64,000 nt of DNA. Source: Candidatus Microgenomatus sp. (lineage in GTDB: Bacteria > Patescibacteriota > Microgenomatia > UBA8517). This document shows, one piece after another, positions 37,517 to 47,422 of this stretch (its first letter is position 1; each line of letters opens with the position of its first letter). A program made the translations under genes and the position numbers. The notes under the pieces are model-generated. The model made no database searches. It had not been told where the DNA came from and worked only from the letters and a program-made list of their open reading frames with translations. The DNA is taken from NCBI GenBank assembly GCA_020724585.1, contig DYGS01000001.1, positions 287,832 to 351,831 of the forward strand, given 5' to 3'.

Positions 37517-38729
37517 CATCCTTTTTATTGCACTGATGGTGAGAATTTATAATTTCTCAGATAGGTTAACTTTCGGGCCTGAACAGGCAAGAAGTTTGAT
37601 GGTATCTGCAAACTACATTAAAGATAAGCCATCGCTTTTGGGACAAGAATACTTTAGGGTTAATTCATTGGGCCATAAGCTTTATACAAGTGCAATTTTT
37701 AACTACTCTCTTGTCCCTTTTATATTATTATTTAATTACGACCCCTTGCCCATCAGCTATTATTTTGCGATGTTAAATATTATAACGGGAGTGGTTTTAT
37801 ATCTTGTTGCCAAAAAGATATTTAATCAATTTGTGGCCGTGATCTCACTTTTTTTGTTTTTATTCAATTCCACAATGATATATCATTCGATGTTTATCTG
37901 GGTTTTAAATTACCTTCCTTTAATTGGAATTCTAAGTGTCTATTTTGCTTGGAAATTAATTAAAAATAAATATAAATTATTTGATATATTAATGTTAGGA
38001 GTTCTATCAGGAATAGGTTTTGGTTTGCAATATCTATATCTAATAGCGATTTTGATAATTCTTGCGATATTATTTAGATACTCGAAAAATAGAATAGTTG
38101 ATATTTTTGCTTTTACTTTGGGCGGAATAGTCGGAGATATTACTAGAATTGTTTTTGATTTAAAACATAATTTTTATCATCTTCGCACTCTTTGGCAATA
38201 TGCTGTTGATACAATAAATGGAGTGTCAGATGCAGGTTTTACATATTATCATTTTTTACATTTTTGGCCTGTCTTAATTTTAGCTATTGGCCTGATTCTA
38301 TGGCAAATTTATATCAAAAATAAGTATTTGTTTATTTTATTAACCTCTGCTTATTTATTTATTAATTTAAACTCAACCTTTGTAAGTTTCGACAAACCAG
38401 TTGGCATGATTGACGGATTAACAATTGCAGATATTAAAAATGCATCTGAAATAATTGCAAAAAATGCTAAATATAATTTTAATGTAGTTACCCTTTATGA
38501 TTTTGATACCAGGGGATACACTCTTCGATATTATCTTGAACATGTCTACAATAAAAAACCATTGAGCGATGTTGAATATCAATCCGCAAGCGAAATTTAT
38601 GCTTTGGCAAAAGCAAATTACGATTTTGATAATAATAATCCATGGGAATTAAATGTTTATAAGCCTTATAATGTAGTAACTATGGAGAGTATAGGTGATG
38701 GGTTTGTTTTATCTAAAATTGTAAAATGA
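37491..38729 (+). CDS. Polytopic membrane protein (GT-C-like)
   Basis: 412-aa ORF, about 10 TM helices. Confidence 0.45.
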   Translation: MKNYLVLFSILFIALMVRIYNFSDRLTFGPEQARSLMVSANYIKDKPSLLGQEYFRVNSLGHKLYTSAIFNYSLVPFILLFNYDPLPISYYFAMLNIITGVVLYLVAKKIFNQFVAVISLFLFLFNSTMIYHSMFIWVLNYLPLIGILSVYFAWKLIKNKYKLFDILMLGVLSGIGFGLQYLYLIAILIILAILFRYSKNRIVDIFAFTLGGIVGDITRIVFDLKHNFYHLRTLWQYAVDTINGVSDAGFTYYHFLHFWPVLILAIGLILWQIYIKNKYLFILLTSAYLFINLNSTFVSFDKPVGMIDGLTIADIKNASEIIAKNAKYNFNVVTLYDFDTRGYTLRYYLEHVYNKKPLSDVEYQSASEIYALAKANYDFDNNNPWELNVYKPYNVVTMESIGDGFVLSKIVK

Positions 38730-39556
38730 TATCAGTAATTATTCCTGTATATAATGAAGAAGGCGTAATTTTGGATTGTCTTAAGTCATTAGAAAATCAA
38801 AGCTATCAAGATTTTGAAGTTATTGTCATTGACGATGGGAGTGTAGACAAAACATTGCAAAAACTCCAAAACTCCAAAACTCAAAAAATCAATATATTCA
38901 CGCAAAAACACAAGGGGGCGGGTGCGGCGAGAAATTTAGGTGCTAAACATGCCAAAGGCGATATTTTGGTTTTTGTAGATAGCGACATGACTTTTGATAG
39001 AGATTTCTTGAAAAATTTAACCAAACCTATAATTAAAGGGAAAACTAAAGGAACATTTTCTAAAGATGAATATGTTGCTAACTGGGATAATATTTGGGCA
39101 AGATGCTACAACTATAACGAAGGTTGGGAAGATAAAAAAAGACACCCAAAAAATTATCCTGATACACAGCCAGTTTTCCGTGCAATACTCAAGTCTGAAT
39201 TTGATAAAGTTGGGGGGTTTATTGCTGGGGGATATGATGATGACTGGAGTTTGTCTAAAAAACTTGGCTACGAAGCTGCAATTGCCCCAAATGCCATTTA
39301 TTATCATAAAAACCCAGAAACTTTGACAGAAATTTATAATCATGCCAAGTGGGTGGGTAAAAGAAGGTATAAGTTATATGCTTTAGGTTATATGGTTGCA
39401 TTACTGAGATCTAGTTTGCCTGTTTCAATAATCATCGGTCTTTTTAAATCAATCAGATTTAAAACATATCAATTTATAATTTTTAAAATAATATATGATT
39501 TTGGAGCCTTTGTTGGAATCTTAAATTATATATTTACTAAAGACGGATCAAAATGA
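38726..39556 (+). CDS. Glycosyltransferase family 2
   Basis: 'ISVIIPVYNEEGVI...VIVIDDGSVDKT...VDSD'. Confidence 0.7.
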   Translation: MISVIIPVYNEEGVILDCLKSLENQSYQDFEVIVIDDGSVDKTLQKLQNSKTQKINIFTQKHKGAGAARNLGAKHAKGDILVFVDSDMTFDRDFLKNLTKPIIKGKTKGTFSKDEYVANWDNIWARCYNYNEGWEDKKRHPKNYPDTQPVFRAILKSEFDKVGGFIAGGYDDDWSLSKKLGYEAAIAPNAIYYHKNPETLTEIYNHAKWVGKRRYKLYALGYMVALLRSSLPVSIIIGLFKSIRFKTYQFIIFKIIYDFGAFVGILNYIFTKDGSK

Positions 39557-40863
39557 TTTATTTTGTTTTATTGGCGGGGTTTATACTTAGGCTAATTTCT
39601 TTAAATCAATCCCTGTGGCTTGATGAGGCAACGACAGGAATTGTTGCCAGAATGACTTTGGGAGAATTTTTTAACTATTTTATAGTTAATGATTTTCACC
39701 CACCACTGTATTATTTAACCGTTTGGCTTTGGTCAAAACTATTTGGTACTAGTGAAATAGCACTTCGTATACCTTCGGTATTTTTTGGAATTGCCACGAT
39801 TTATGTGGCTTATTTAATTGCCAAAAAATTTGAGAGTTATGGTACTGGTAAAATTAAATGGCCGCTGGCACCAAGCCTTTTTTTAGCCACATCTGGACTT
39901 CATATCTATTATTCACAGGAGGCTAGGATGTATTCAATGGCTACATTTTTAGTAACTCTAATTATTTATTTATTTATCTTAAAAAAGTGGACATGGTTAT
40001 CACTCTTATTTGTTTTACTTTTTTTAACTGATTATCTTGCTATGATTGTTATCCCTGTTTTATTTACATATCTATACATCGACGACAAGAAAAATTTTAA
40101 AAAACTTGTTTATTCAGTAATTCCTGTTGTAGTAGCTTTTACATTTTGGTGGCCAACATTTCAACAACAGCTTTTTGCAGGAATAGCCTTGAAAGAGACA
40201 TCATCAGCTTGGTGGAATGCGCTTGGCCCTGTTACTTTTAAAAATGTAGCACTTATCCCAACGAAATTTTTAATAGGCAGAGTTGGTTTTGAAAATAAGT
40301 TGTTATATGGAGTCGTGATGATTACTATTTCTGCAATTTTTATCTATGTCATTGGTAAGGCCAAGAACAAGCTAGTTTGGTATTGGTTTGCTGGCAGTTT
40401 AGTAGCTGGAATCTTCCTTTCAATTTATATCCCAACACTAACCTATTTTAGATATTTATTTATACTTCCCGCCTTTTACTTACTTTTATCTGAAACTAGA
40501 AGTAAACTATTTATTGCTTTTGTTGTATTTATAAATTTACTATCATCTTACTTTTATCTTGCCTGGCCAAGATTTCAAAGGGAAAATTGGAGAGGATTAC
40601 CCAATGTAATTAAAAATGATAGGATAGTCTATCCAAATTATTCACAAAGAGAAGCTTTAATTTATTATGGTTTAAATGACCAAGTGATACTTCCTGATAA
40701 AATTGACACAAACACACATAAAACGCTTTGGCTCTCAAGATATGTGGTTAATATAGCAGATCCAACTGATTTTGCTCGTCGAAAGTTAGAGGAGTTGGGA
40801 TATAATTGGGTAGAGGAAGTTAACCTAAATGGTGTAATCTTCTGGAAATATACAAAACAATAA
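39553..40863 (+). CDS. GT-C membrane glycosyltransferase, ArnT/PMT-like (GT39/83)
   Basis: 'LDEATTGIVARMTLGEFFNYFIVNDFHPPLYYLTVWLW' is a classic ArnT-family N-terminal loop. Confidence 0.65.
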   Translation: MIYFVLLAGFILRLISLNQSLWLDEATTGIVARMTLGEFFNYFIVNDFHPPLYYLTVWLWSKLFGTSEIALRIPSVFFGIATIYVAYLIAKKFESYGTGKIKWPLAPSLFLATSGLHIYYSQEARMYSMATFLVTLIIYLFILKKWTWLSLLFVLLFLTDYLAMIVIPVLFTYLYIDDKKNFKKLVYSVIPVVVAFTFWWPTFQQQLFAGIALKETSSAWWNALGPVTFKNVALIPTKFLIGRVGFENKLLYGVVMITISAIFIYVIGKAKNKLVWYWFAGSLVAGIFLSIYIPTLTYFRYLFILPAFYLLLSETRSKLFIAFVVFINLLSSYFYLAWPRFQRENWRGLPNVIKNDRIVYPNYSQREALIYYGLNDQVILPDKIDTNTHKTLWLSRYVVNIADPTDFARRKLEELGYNWVEEVNLNGVIFWKYTKQ

Positions 40864-40864
40864 T

Positions 40865-41923
40865 ATGCGTATTGCAATTGATTTAAGCCAGATACCTTAT
40901 GATACTGGTGTTTCAAAATATACTAAAAACTTAGTAAATAATTTACTTAGTTTGGACAAAGAAAACGAATATTTATTTTTTGCAGGCGCTTTGCGAAGAA
41001 AAAGCGAGATTTTAGAATTTAATAGTTCAACAAGAATATTTCCCATATCTCCAAAAATTGCAGATATGATCTGGAATAGACTCCATATTTTACCTATTGA
41101 AAAAATATTAGGCCAAGTTGATTTGATCCATACATCGGATTGGGCAGAACCACCATCCAACCTACCTAAAGTTACAACAGTTCATGACCTCGCTCCGCTT
41201 ATTTTACCTAAATTTACACCTAAAATAATTGTTGAAACACATAGACGAAGACTAAAATGGGTAGCTAAAGAATCAAGAATGGTTATTGTTCCCAGCCAAA
41301 GTACGAAAGATGATTTAGTGAAACTGGGATTTGATAGACAAAAAGTAAGAATTATCTATGAAGCTCCTAACATTACAAAAGCGAGCAAGTGGCAAGTACA
41401 AAATGTGTTGAAGAAGTATAAAATATATGATGAGTATGTTATCTCGATTGGTACCAATCCACGCAAGAATTTAGAAAAATCCATCGAAGCGTTTAATTTA
41501 GCCAAACATGGCAAAAACCTGAAATACTTAATAGTTGGTGAGAATCAAAATTATAAAAACCTAAATTTAAGGGGAGTCAGGTTTCTGGGCCATGTTCCCG
41601 ACCAGGATCTGGCGCCTTTGGTGAGTGGTGCAAAACTTTTACTTTTTGCAACTCTTTATGAAGGTTTGGGTATCCCCGTCTTGGAAGGTTTTAATTGCGA
41701 AGTACCTGTGGTTACATCTAACATATCATGCTTGCCAGAAGTTTCAAAAGGAGCGGCTGTTTTGGTTGATCCTTATGATGTTAAATCAATTGCCAGTGGA
41801 ATTGAAGAGGCTTTAAGCAAGCCCAAAACATTAATTGCCAAGGGTTTAAAAGTAGTAAAAGATTTTTCCTGGCAAAAATGCGCCAAAGAAACACTTGGAG
41901 TATATAAGGAGGCAATGGGATGA
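40865..41923 (+). CDS. Glycosyltransferase family 4
   Basis: 'EGLGIPVLEGFNCEVPVVTSNISCLPEVSKGAAVLVDP'. Confidence 0.75.
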   Translation: MRIAIDLSQIPYDTGVSKYTKNLVNNLLSLDKENEYLFFAGALRRKSEILEFNSSTRIFPISPKIADMIWNRLHILPIEKILGQVDLIHTSDWAEPPSNLPKVTTVHDLAPLILPKFTPKIIVETHRRRLKWVAKESRMVIVPSQSTKDDLVKLGFDRQKVRIIYEAPNITKASKWQVQNVLKKYKIYDEYVISIGTNPRKNLEKSIEAFNLAKHGKNLKYLIVGENQNYKNLNLRGVRFLGHVPDQDLAPLVSGAKLLLFATLYEGLGIPVLEGFNCEVPVVTSNISCLPEVSKGAAVLVDPYDVKSIASGIEEALSKPKTLIAKGLKVVKDFSWQKCAKETLGVYKEAMG

Positions 41924-42384
41924 ATATAACTATAAAGAAGGCCGAATCCAAAGATTGGAAGGTTATCCAAAAACTAAATAATGATGTTTTTGAAAGCGAT
42001 TCAAAAAATGATGACGATTTGGACTCAGGCTGGCCATTTTCAAAAGAGGGTATCAGATATTATCAGAGCTTGGCAAATGGGGAATATGGAAATTGTGTTA
42101 TTGTATGGGTTGGTGAAAAAGCAGTTGGCTATGCAGCTATGTCGATTAAGGATTTTGGGTATAGGAAAAGTAATTATGTTGAAATTGAAAACATGGGTGT
42201 CTCACCTGAATATAGATCTCTAGGAATTGGCAAAAAGCTAATTGAGGAAGCAAAAAAATGGGCTAAAAGTCAGGGAATAAATAAACTATTTGTTGTTGCT
42301 TATTACAATAATGAAAAGGCAGTTAAATTTTATCGAAGAGAAGGATTTGAGCCAATTGGACTTGAGCTTCAAATGGATATTTGA
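41920..42384 (+). CDS. GNAT family N-acetyltransferase
   Basis: Strong AAGGAGG RBS. 'VGYAAMS...IENMGVSPEYRSLGIGKKLIEEA' is the GNAT motif A. Confidence 0.7.
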   Translation: MNITIKKAESKDWKVIQKLNNDVFESDSKNDDDLDSGWPFSKEGIRYYQSLANGEYGNCVIVWVGEKAVGYAAMSIKDFGYRKSNYVEIENMGVSPEYRSLGIGKKLIEEAKKWAKSQGINKLFVVAYYNNEKAVKFYRREGFEPIGLELQMDI

Positions 42385-42401
42385 TATGTTACAATCAGAT
42401 C

Positions 42402-42734
42402 ATGGGTGTTTTAATTCTCTCAGACAAAGCTTCAGTTGAACAGGTTAGAGTGGTTTCTGAACATTTTCAAGGATATATCAAGGTTGTTGTTGATATCGAA
42501 CAAGAAATACTTTGTGCTGGTGCAGATAGGCATGTGGATGAAGAACAGGAACTTTTAAAAAATGGTTCTAAACAATCAAATTTGTGGGGTGGAGGAATTG
42601 ATATCGAAACGGGTGAGATTGACTATAACTCTATGATTAATTTAAGACCTAATCAAGATAATCCCAGTAGGGAGATACTCTCAAAAGATATCAGGTCACA
42701 ATTTGATGAAATAGTTAGAAAAATTTTCTTATGA
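42402..42734 (+). CDS. Hypothetical small protein (start uncertain: track TTG at 42381, in-frame ATG at 42402)
   Basis: ORF only; acidic; no recognised domain. Confidence 0.35.
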   Translation: MGVLILSDKASVEQVRVVSEHFQGYIKVVVDIEQEILCAGADRHVDEEQELLKNGSKQSNLWGGGIDIETGEIDYNSMINLRPNQDNPSREILSKDIRSQFDEIVRKIFL

Positions 42735-43015
42735 GTAAAGTAAAACAAACTGTTTTGGATATTGCTATGAATATGAATAGGATTGGTAACTGGATTGCCG
42801 ATGATTACAATACTAATAAAAATAAAATAAATGTCTTTATTAAAAATAACGATGGATATATTGACTTGGTGAGTAGCTTTAACGACAAATTTGTAAATAC
42901 TTGGGATGGATACATAGAAGCTTATAGGCAAATGAAAGATAATTTACCAGAAAATGCAGAGAATTTTATGACTTGGGGTAACATTTTGACACATAGAAGC
43001 AAGTTATTAGACTAA
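42731..43015 (+). CDS. Hypothetical small protein (94 aa) overlapping the previous ORF by 4 nt
   Basis: ATGA overlap. A weak 'NILTH' resemblance to a HEPN-like R/NxxTxH motif is noted but not supported. Confidence 0.35.
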   Translation: MSKVKQTVLDIAMNMNRIGNWIADDYNTNKNKINVFIKNNDGYIDLVSSFNDKFVNTWDGYIEAYRQMKDNLPENAENFMTWGNILTHRSKLLD

Positions 43016-43016
43016 T

Positions 43017-44156
43017 ATGAATATCGGCATTGATGGCAATGAGGCGAATATTGATAACCGAGTGGGAGTTAATGTTTATGCTTTCAATTTACTGCATAAC
43101 CTTAAAAAAATAAACGAAAAGAAACAAAACCCAAACTATCTTATAGTTTATCTTAAAAATAGGCCGTTTTTTGACATGCCTAAAGAGTCAGACTACTTCA
43201 AATATATTGTTTTAGATGATGGTAAATTTTGGGTTTTAACAAAACTCACCAAACATTTATTATTTAATCCTGAAAAAATTGATGTTTTGTTTACCCCTAG
43301 TCATTATGCGAGCCCATTTGTTTTTGTGCCTAAAGTATGCTCAATAATGGATCTAAAATACCTCGAAAATCCGACCAGCTTTAAAAAATTTACATTTTGG
43401 CAGTTGAAGTATTGGACTGCTATTTCAATTTTTGTATCAAAGAGGGTACTAAGTATATCAAAAGATGTAAAGAAAGATATTGTACGACATTATCCATTTG
43501 CTTCGAGAAAAACTGAAGTTGTTTATCTTTCCCACGATTTGAGGCCAAAAGACTTTAAAGTTACAGACAAAGATGTGCGACGCATTAAAAATAAGTATTC
43601 TATAGTATCAAGCTATATTCTATATTTAGGAACATTAAAACCAAGTAAAAATGTAGACGGAATTATCAAAGCCTTCGCAATGCTAAATGCTAAAAATGTA
43701 AATGCTAAAGAATTGCAATTGGTTATTGCTGGTAAAAAAGGTTGGCTATATGAATCTTTGTTTAAATTGGTTGATGAGTTAAATTTAAAAGACAAAGTTA
43801 TCTTTACTGACTTTTTCCCCGAGGAAGACAAGGCAATAATAAGAAAAGGGGCTAGAGTTTTTGTCCAGCCGTCACATACTGAAGGTTTTGGTATTGATAC
43901 GCTATCAGTAATGGCATTGGGAACGCCTGTTGTTGTGTCAAGAGTGGGTAGTCTTTCAGAAATCGTGGGCAATGCGGGAATATATGTTGACCACAATGAC
44001 CCTAAAGATATCGCGAGAGGTATAAAAAAAGTTTTAAACATGAATAAAAACGAATATAATAAATTAGTTGAAGACGGAATTAAGCGGTCAAAGCTTTTTA
44101 GCTGGGACAAGTGCGCACGGGAGACTTTAGAAATATTAGAAAATGTTTGTAGATAA
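43017..44156 (+). CDS. Glycosyltransferase family 4
   Basis: 'EGFGIDTLSVMALGTPVVVSRVGSLSEIVGNAGIYVD'. Confidence 0.75.
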   Translation: MNIGIDGNEANIDNRVGVNVYAFNLLHNLKKINEKKQNPNYLIVYLKNRPFFDMPKESDYFKYIVLDDGKFWVLTKLTKHLLFNPEKIDVLFTPSHYASPFVFVPKVCSIMDLKYLENPTSFKKFTFWQLKYWTAISIFVSKRVLSISKDVKKDIVRHYPFASRKTEVVYLSHDLRPKDFKVTDKDVRRIKNKYSIVSSYILYLGTLKPSKNVDGIIKAFAMLNAKNVNAKELQLVIAGKKGWLYESLFKLVDELNLKDKVIFTDFFPEEDKAIIRKGARVFVQPSHTEGFGIDTLSVMALGTPVVVSRVGSLSEIVGNAGIYVDHNDPKDIARGIKKVLNMNKNEYNKLVEDGIKRSKLFSWDKCARETLEILENVCR

Positions 44157-44739
44157 ATACGGAAACAAATTAACTCTAAGACAGGCTATGCCTAAGATTT
44201 TAAATAGGCTTAATAATTATTGGTTGGATTTTGAGCTGATGCTACTTCGCCTAGCGGGTCATGTTCCTTCACATACAGTTAGAAAATTAATATATAAGTT
44301 TTTTGGTGTGGGAATGGGTAGTGGTTCAACTATTCATATGTGGGCTAATTTTTTTAATCCTAAAAATATTGAAATAGGTGCGGATACTATAATTGGAGAT
44401 CATGCCTTTTTGGATGGTAGAGCTAAACTTACGATAGGAAATCATGTAGACATAGCTTCACAAGTAATGATTTATAACAGCGAACATAATTTGGAATCCG
44501 AAAAATTTGAGGCAATTGAAGAGCCTGTAACTATCAAAGACTATGTCTTTATTGGTCCAAGAGCAATCATTATGCCTGGTGTGACAATTGGGAAAGGCGC
44601 AGTTGTTGCGGGTGGCGCTGTAGTTACTAAGGATGTCCCCGATTTTGCAATTGTAGGAGGCGTCCCTGCAAAAATAATAGGTGAGAGAAAAAGTAAAAAT
44701 TTAAATTATCGTCTTGGCCGCGCAAGGCTGTTTCAGTGA
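44143..44739 (+). CDS. Hexapeptide-repeat (LbH) sugar O-acetyltransferase
   Basis: Repeated [LIV]-G-x-x-x-x hexapeptides: 'IGADTIIGDHAFLDGRAKLTIGNHVDIASQVMI...IGPRAIIMPGVTIGKGAVVAGGAVV'. Confidence 0.7.
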   Translation: MFVDKYGNKLTLRQAMPKILNRLNNYWLDFELMLLRLAGHVPSHTVRKLIYKFFGVGMGSGSTIHMWANFFNPKNIEIGADTIIGDHAFLDGRAKLTIGNHVDIASQVMIYNSEHNLESEKFEAIEEPVTIKDYVFIGPRAIIMPGVTIGKGAVVAGGAVVTKDVPDFAIVGGVPAKIIGERKSKNLNYRLGRARLFQ

Positions 44740-45257
44740 TGAAAAAATATTTTCTCGAAATTTTGACATGTGGACTTTTTCTCTTTGGTGTTTTTTATGT
44801 CGCGCCTAAATCTCCGGATTTTCCTCCTCCGCATAAAGATTTTGTTCAGTCATTCGAACCTGCAGATATAGAAACACCGATGAGACGGGGTTATTATACA
44901 AATTTGACTAGAGAAGAAGTCATGAATTATTACATCAGAAATTTCAATAATGGTTTTAATTATACATTAAGACTTAATTACCCGCCTGAAAGTGCTCAGA
45001 GCATAATTCGCGATCAGACAAAAAGCACTTATTTAGAAGAAATTGTACATCCCCTAAGGGAATCGGTTTATATTAACGGGTTTGAACCACCAACCCCTGA
45101 GTACGCCTTAGTCATTAACGGAGTGAATTATGGTCAAAAAATAATTATCAAATATGTTCCAAGTAGTTTGATTGTCCGCCTTTTTGTAGTTTTATTGTCG
45201 TCGATTTCATTTTATGTTTTAACTCGAGAAATTTTATATGCAAAAAAACAGGCCTAA
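44739..45257 (+). CDS. Hypothetical membrane-anchored protein
   Basis: ORF with N- and C-terminal TM segments. ATG at 44739 (the track's 44736 is GTG). Confidence 0.4.
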   Translation: MKKYFLEILTCGLFLFGVFYVAPKSPDFPPPHKDFVQSFEPADIETPMRRGYYTNLTREEVMNYYIRNFNNGFNYTLRLNYPPESAQSIIRDQTKSTYLEEIVHPLRESVYINGFEPPTPEYALVINGVNYGQKIIIKYVPSSLIVRLFVVLLSSISFYVLTREILYAKKQA

Positions 45258-46164
45258 ATTATCAATAGTTATCGTCTCATTTAATACAGCAAAACTTACC
45301 ATAGATTGTATTAAATCGATTTATAAACATACTAAAAACCTTGATTTTGAGGTTGTTGTTGTTGACAATGGTTCAAGTGATAAAAGCTTGAAAGAATTGA
45401 AGAAATTGAGTTACCTGAATTTAAAAATTATTGAAAGCAAAACAAATTTGGGTTTTGGACAAGGGAATAATTTGGGAATCAAAAGCTCAAGCGGTCAATA
45501 TATCTTACTGCTAAACAGCGACACACTTTTAGTAATGGATATATTAAAAGATATGGTCGATTGGATGGATAAAAATCCTAAGATTGGTGTTTTATCTTGC
45601 GCCTTAAAAAATAAAGATGGATCAATTCAAGGAAGCGGAGGCTATTTTCCAACGCCTTTAAGAGTTTTTAGTTGGCTTACATTTTTAGAAGATTTACCGC
45701 TTATTTCAAATATTATTAAACCTTTTCATCCCATGCATTTAAAATCGCCAATTTGGAAAAATGAAGAATTTTTTAATAAAGAAGATGAAAGGGATTGGGT
45801 AACAGGAGCATTTATGCTTATCAAAAAGGAAGTATTCAAAGTTGCGGGAATGTTTGATCCCGAGTATTTTATGTACATGGAGGAAGTTGATTTATGCTTT
45901 AGAATTAAAAAAGCGGGATATAAGATAATGTATGTGCCAAGATGGGAAATTATTCATTTAGGTGGGGGTTCTGGGTCGGGAGAAAAAACAATTTTAAATG
46001 AATTTAAAAGCCTGCGTATATTTTACAAAAAATGGTATAAAAATTATCTTTTGTTTATGAATTTAATGATTAGGCTAGGAATCGTTTTGAGGATTATACT
46101 TTTTGGAATTCTAGGGAAAACAAACGAATCGAAAACTTATGCAAAAATTTTTAATCAGATATAA
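45238..46164 (+). CDS. Glycosyltransferase family 2 (rhamnosyl/galactosyl-transferase-like)
   Basis: 'LSIVIVSFNTAKLT...VVVVDNGSSD...LLNSD'. Confidence 0.7.
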   Translation: MQKNRPKLSIVIVSFNTAKLTIDCIKSIYKHTKNLDFEVVVVDNGSSDKSLKELKKLSYLNLKIIESKTNLGFGQGNNLGIKSSSGQYILLLNSDTLLVMDILKDMVDWMDKNPKIGVLSCALKNKDGSIQGSGGYFPTPLRVFSWLTFLEDLPLISNIIKPFHPMHLKSPIWKNEEFFNKEDERDWVTGAFMLIKKEVFKVAGMFDPEYFMYMEEVDLCFRIKKAGYKIMYVPRWEIIHLGGGSGSGEKTILNEFKSLRIFYKKWYKNYLLFMNLMIRLGIVLRIILFGILGKTNESKTYAKIFNQI

Positions 46165-47422
46165 CGACTTTTTAAAGTATATAATAACGGCACTTATAAT
46201 TTTTGTGCCTCTTTATCCTAAATTTCCTGCATTCAGAATATCTGAATCGTATGTTGCCATAAGACTTGAGGATTTTTTGATCCTCTTTACTTTATTTACA
46301 ATCTTTCCCATATTAATTAAATACTCTAAGGAATTAATCAAAAATAAACTTATTAGGTCAATTTTAATATTTTTATTAATTGGGTCTGTGTCTTTAATTT
46401 CAGGCGTGTATTTAACACAAACTACAAATTTGACTCAGGGGCTACTTCATTATCTGAGAAGAATTGAATATTTTTCACTTTTTTTTGTTGGATTTGTTTA
46501 CATCCGCTACTTAAATAAAGATAAAAATTTCTTTGAATATGTAATTAAACTTTTATTGTTGGTTAATTTCTTCATATTTATATATGGGTTTGGACAAAGA
46601 TATTTTGAATTCCCAGTAATTATTACCCAAAATGAAGAGTATTCGAAGGGCGTAGCATTGCGCTGGGTTCCTGGGGCTCATATAAATTCAACATTTGCGG
46701 GCCACTATGATCTTGCGTCGTATCTGGTATTGGTTTTACCAATTTTTGTTGCCAGCATTTTTATTTATAAGGATAGATTATCAAAGATAATATTTATTGG
46801 ATCTACAATATTGGGTTTATGGCTCTTGTCAATGGCCGCATCCAGGATATCCGTTGCTGCTTTATTTATATCAGTTACTTTAGTTTTTGTCTTTCTGAAA
46901 CGATTTAAAGAACTTGCTTTAACAATATTTATTTTATTTATAATTTTTGCGACAAGCCCCGATTTGCAAGTCAGATATAAAAGGTTGTTTGATGTTGTGA
47001 TTAATAAAATTAGCTTAGTGCAAATAGCGTATGCACAAAACATTAACAATGAGATAGTGTTTGAAGACCGATCATCATCAATTAGACTAAATGTTGAGTG
47101 GCCAAGAGCAATAAGGGCATTCTCTAAGAATCCAATACTTGGGACTGGTTATTCTTCAATTGGTTTGGCAACAGATAACGATTACTTGCGGCTATTGGGT
47201 GAAGTTGGAATTTTAGGTTTTAGCGCCTTTTTATATGTTATTTACAATATTTTTAAGTATTTTACAAAAGACAGCCTATTTAAAGTTGCGATTATGTCTT
47301 CATTAGTTGGTATACTAGTAATCGCTTTATTTATAGATATATTTGAGGCATCAAAGTTCGCTTTAATGTTTTGGCTGTTCATTGGCTTGATTGTGGGAAG
47401 TAAAAACAAAAATTATGAATAA
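46139..47422 (+). CDS. O-antigen ligase/polymerase-like protein (Wzy_C / WaaL family)
   Basis: About 10 TM helices. Periplasmic loop 'GTGYSSIGLATDNDYLRLLGEVGILGF' resembles the O-antigen ligase signature. Confidence 0.6.
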   Translation: MQKFLIRYNDFLKYIITALIIFVPLYPKFPAFRISESYVAIRLEDFLILFTLFTIFPILIKYSKELIKNKLIRSILIFLLIGSVSLISGVYLTQTTNLTQGLLHYLRRIEYFSLFFVGFVYIRYLNKDKNFFEYVIKLLLLVNFFIFIYGFGQRYFEFPVIITQNEEYSKGVALRWVPGAHINSTFAGHYDLASYLVLVLPIFVASIFIYKDRLSKIIFIGSTILGLWLLSMAASRISVAALFISVTLVFVFLKRFKELALTIFILFIIFATSPDLQVRYKRLFDVVINKISLVQIAYAQNINNEIVFEDRSSSIRLNVEWPRAIRAFSKNPILGTGYSSIGLATDNDYLRLLGEVGILGFSAFLYVIYNIFKYFTKDSLFKVAIMSSLVGILVIALFIDIFEASKFALMFWLFIGLIVGSKNKNYE

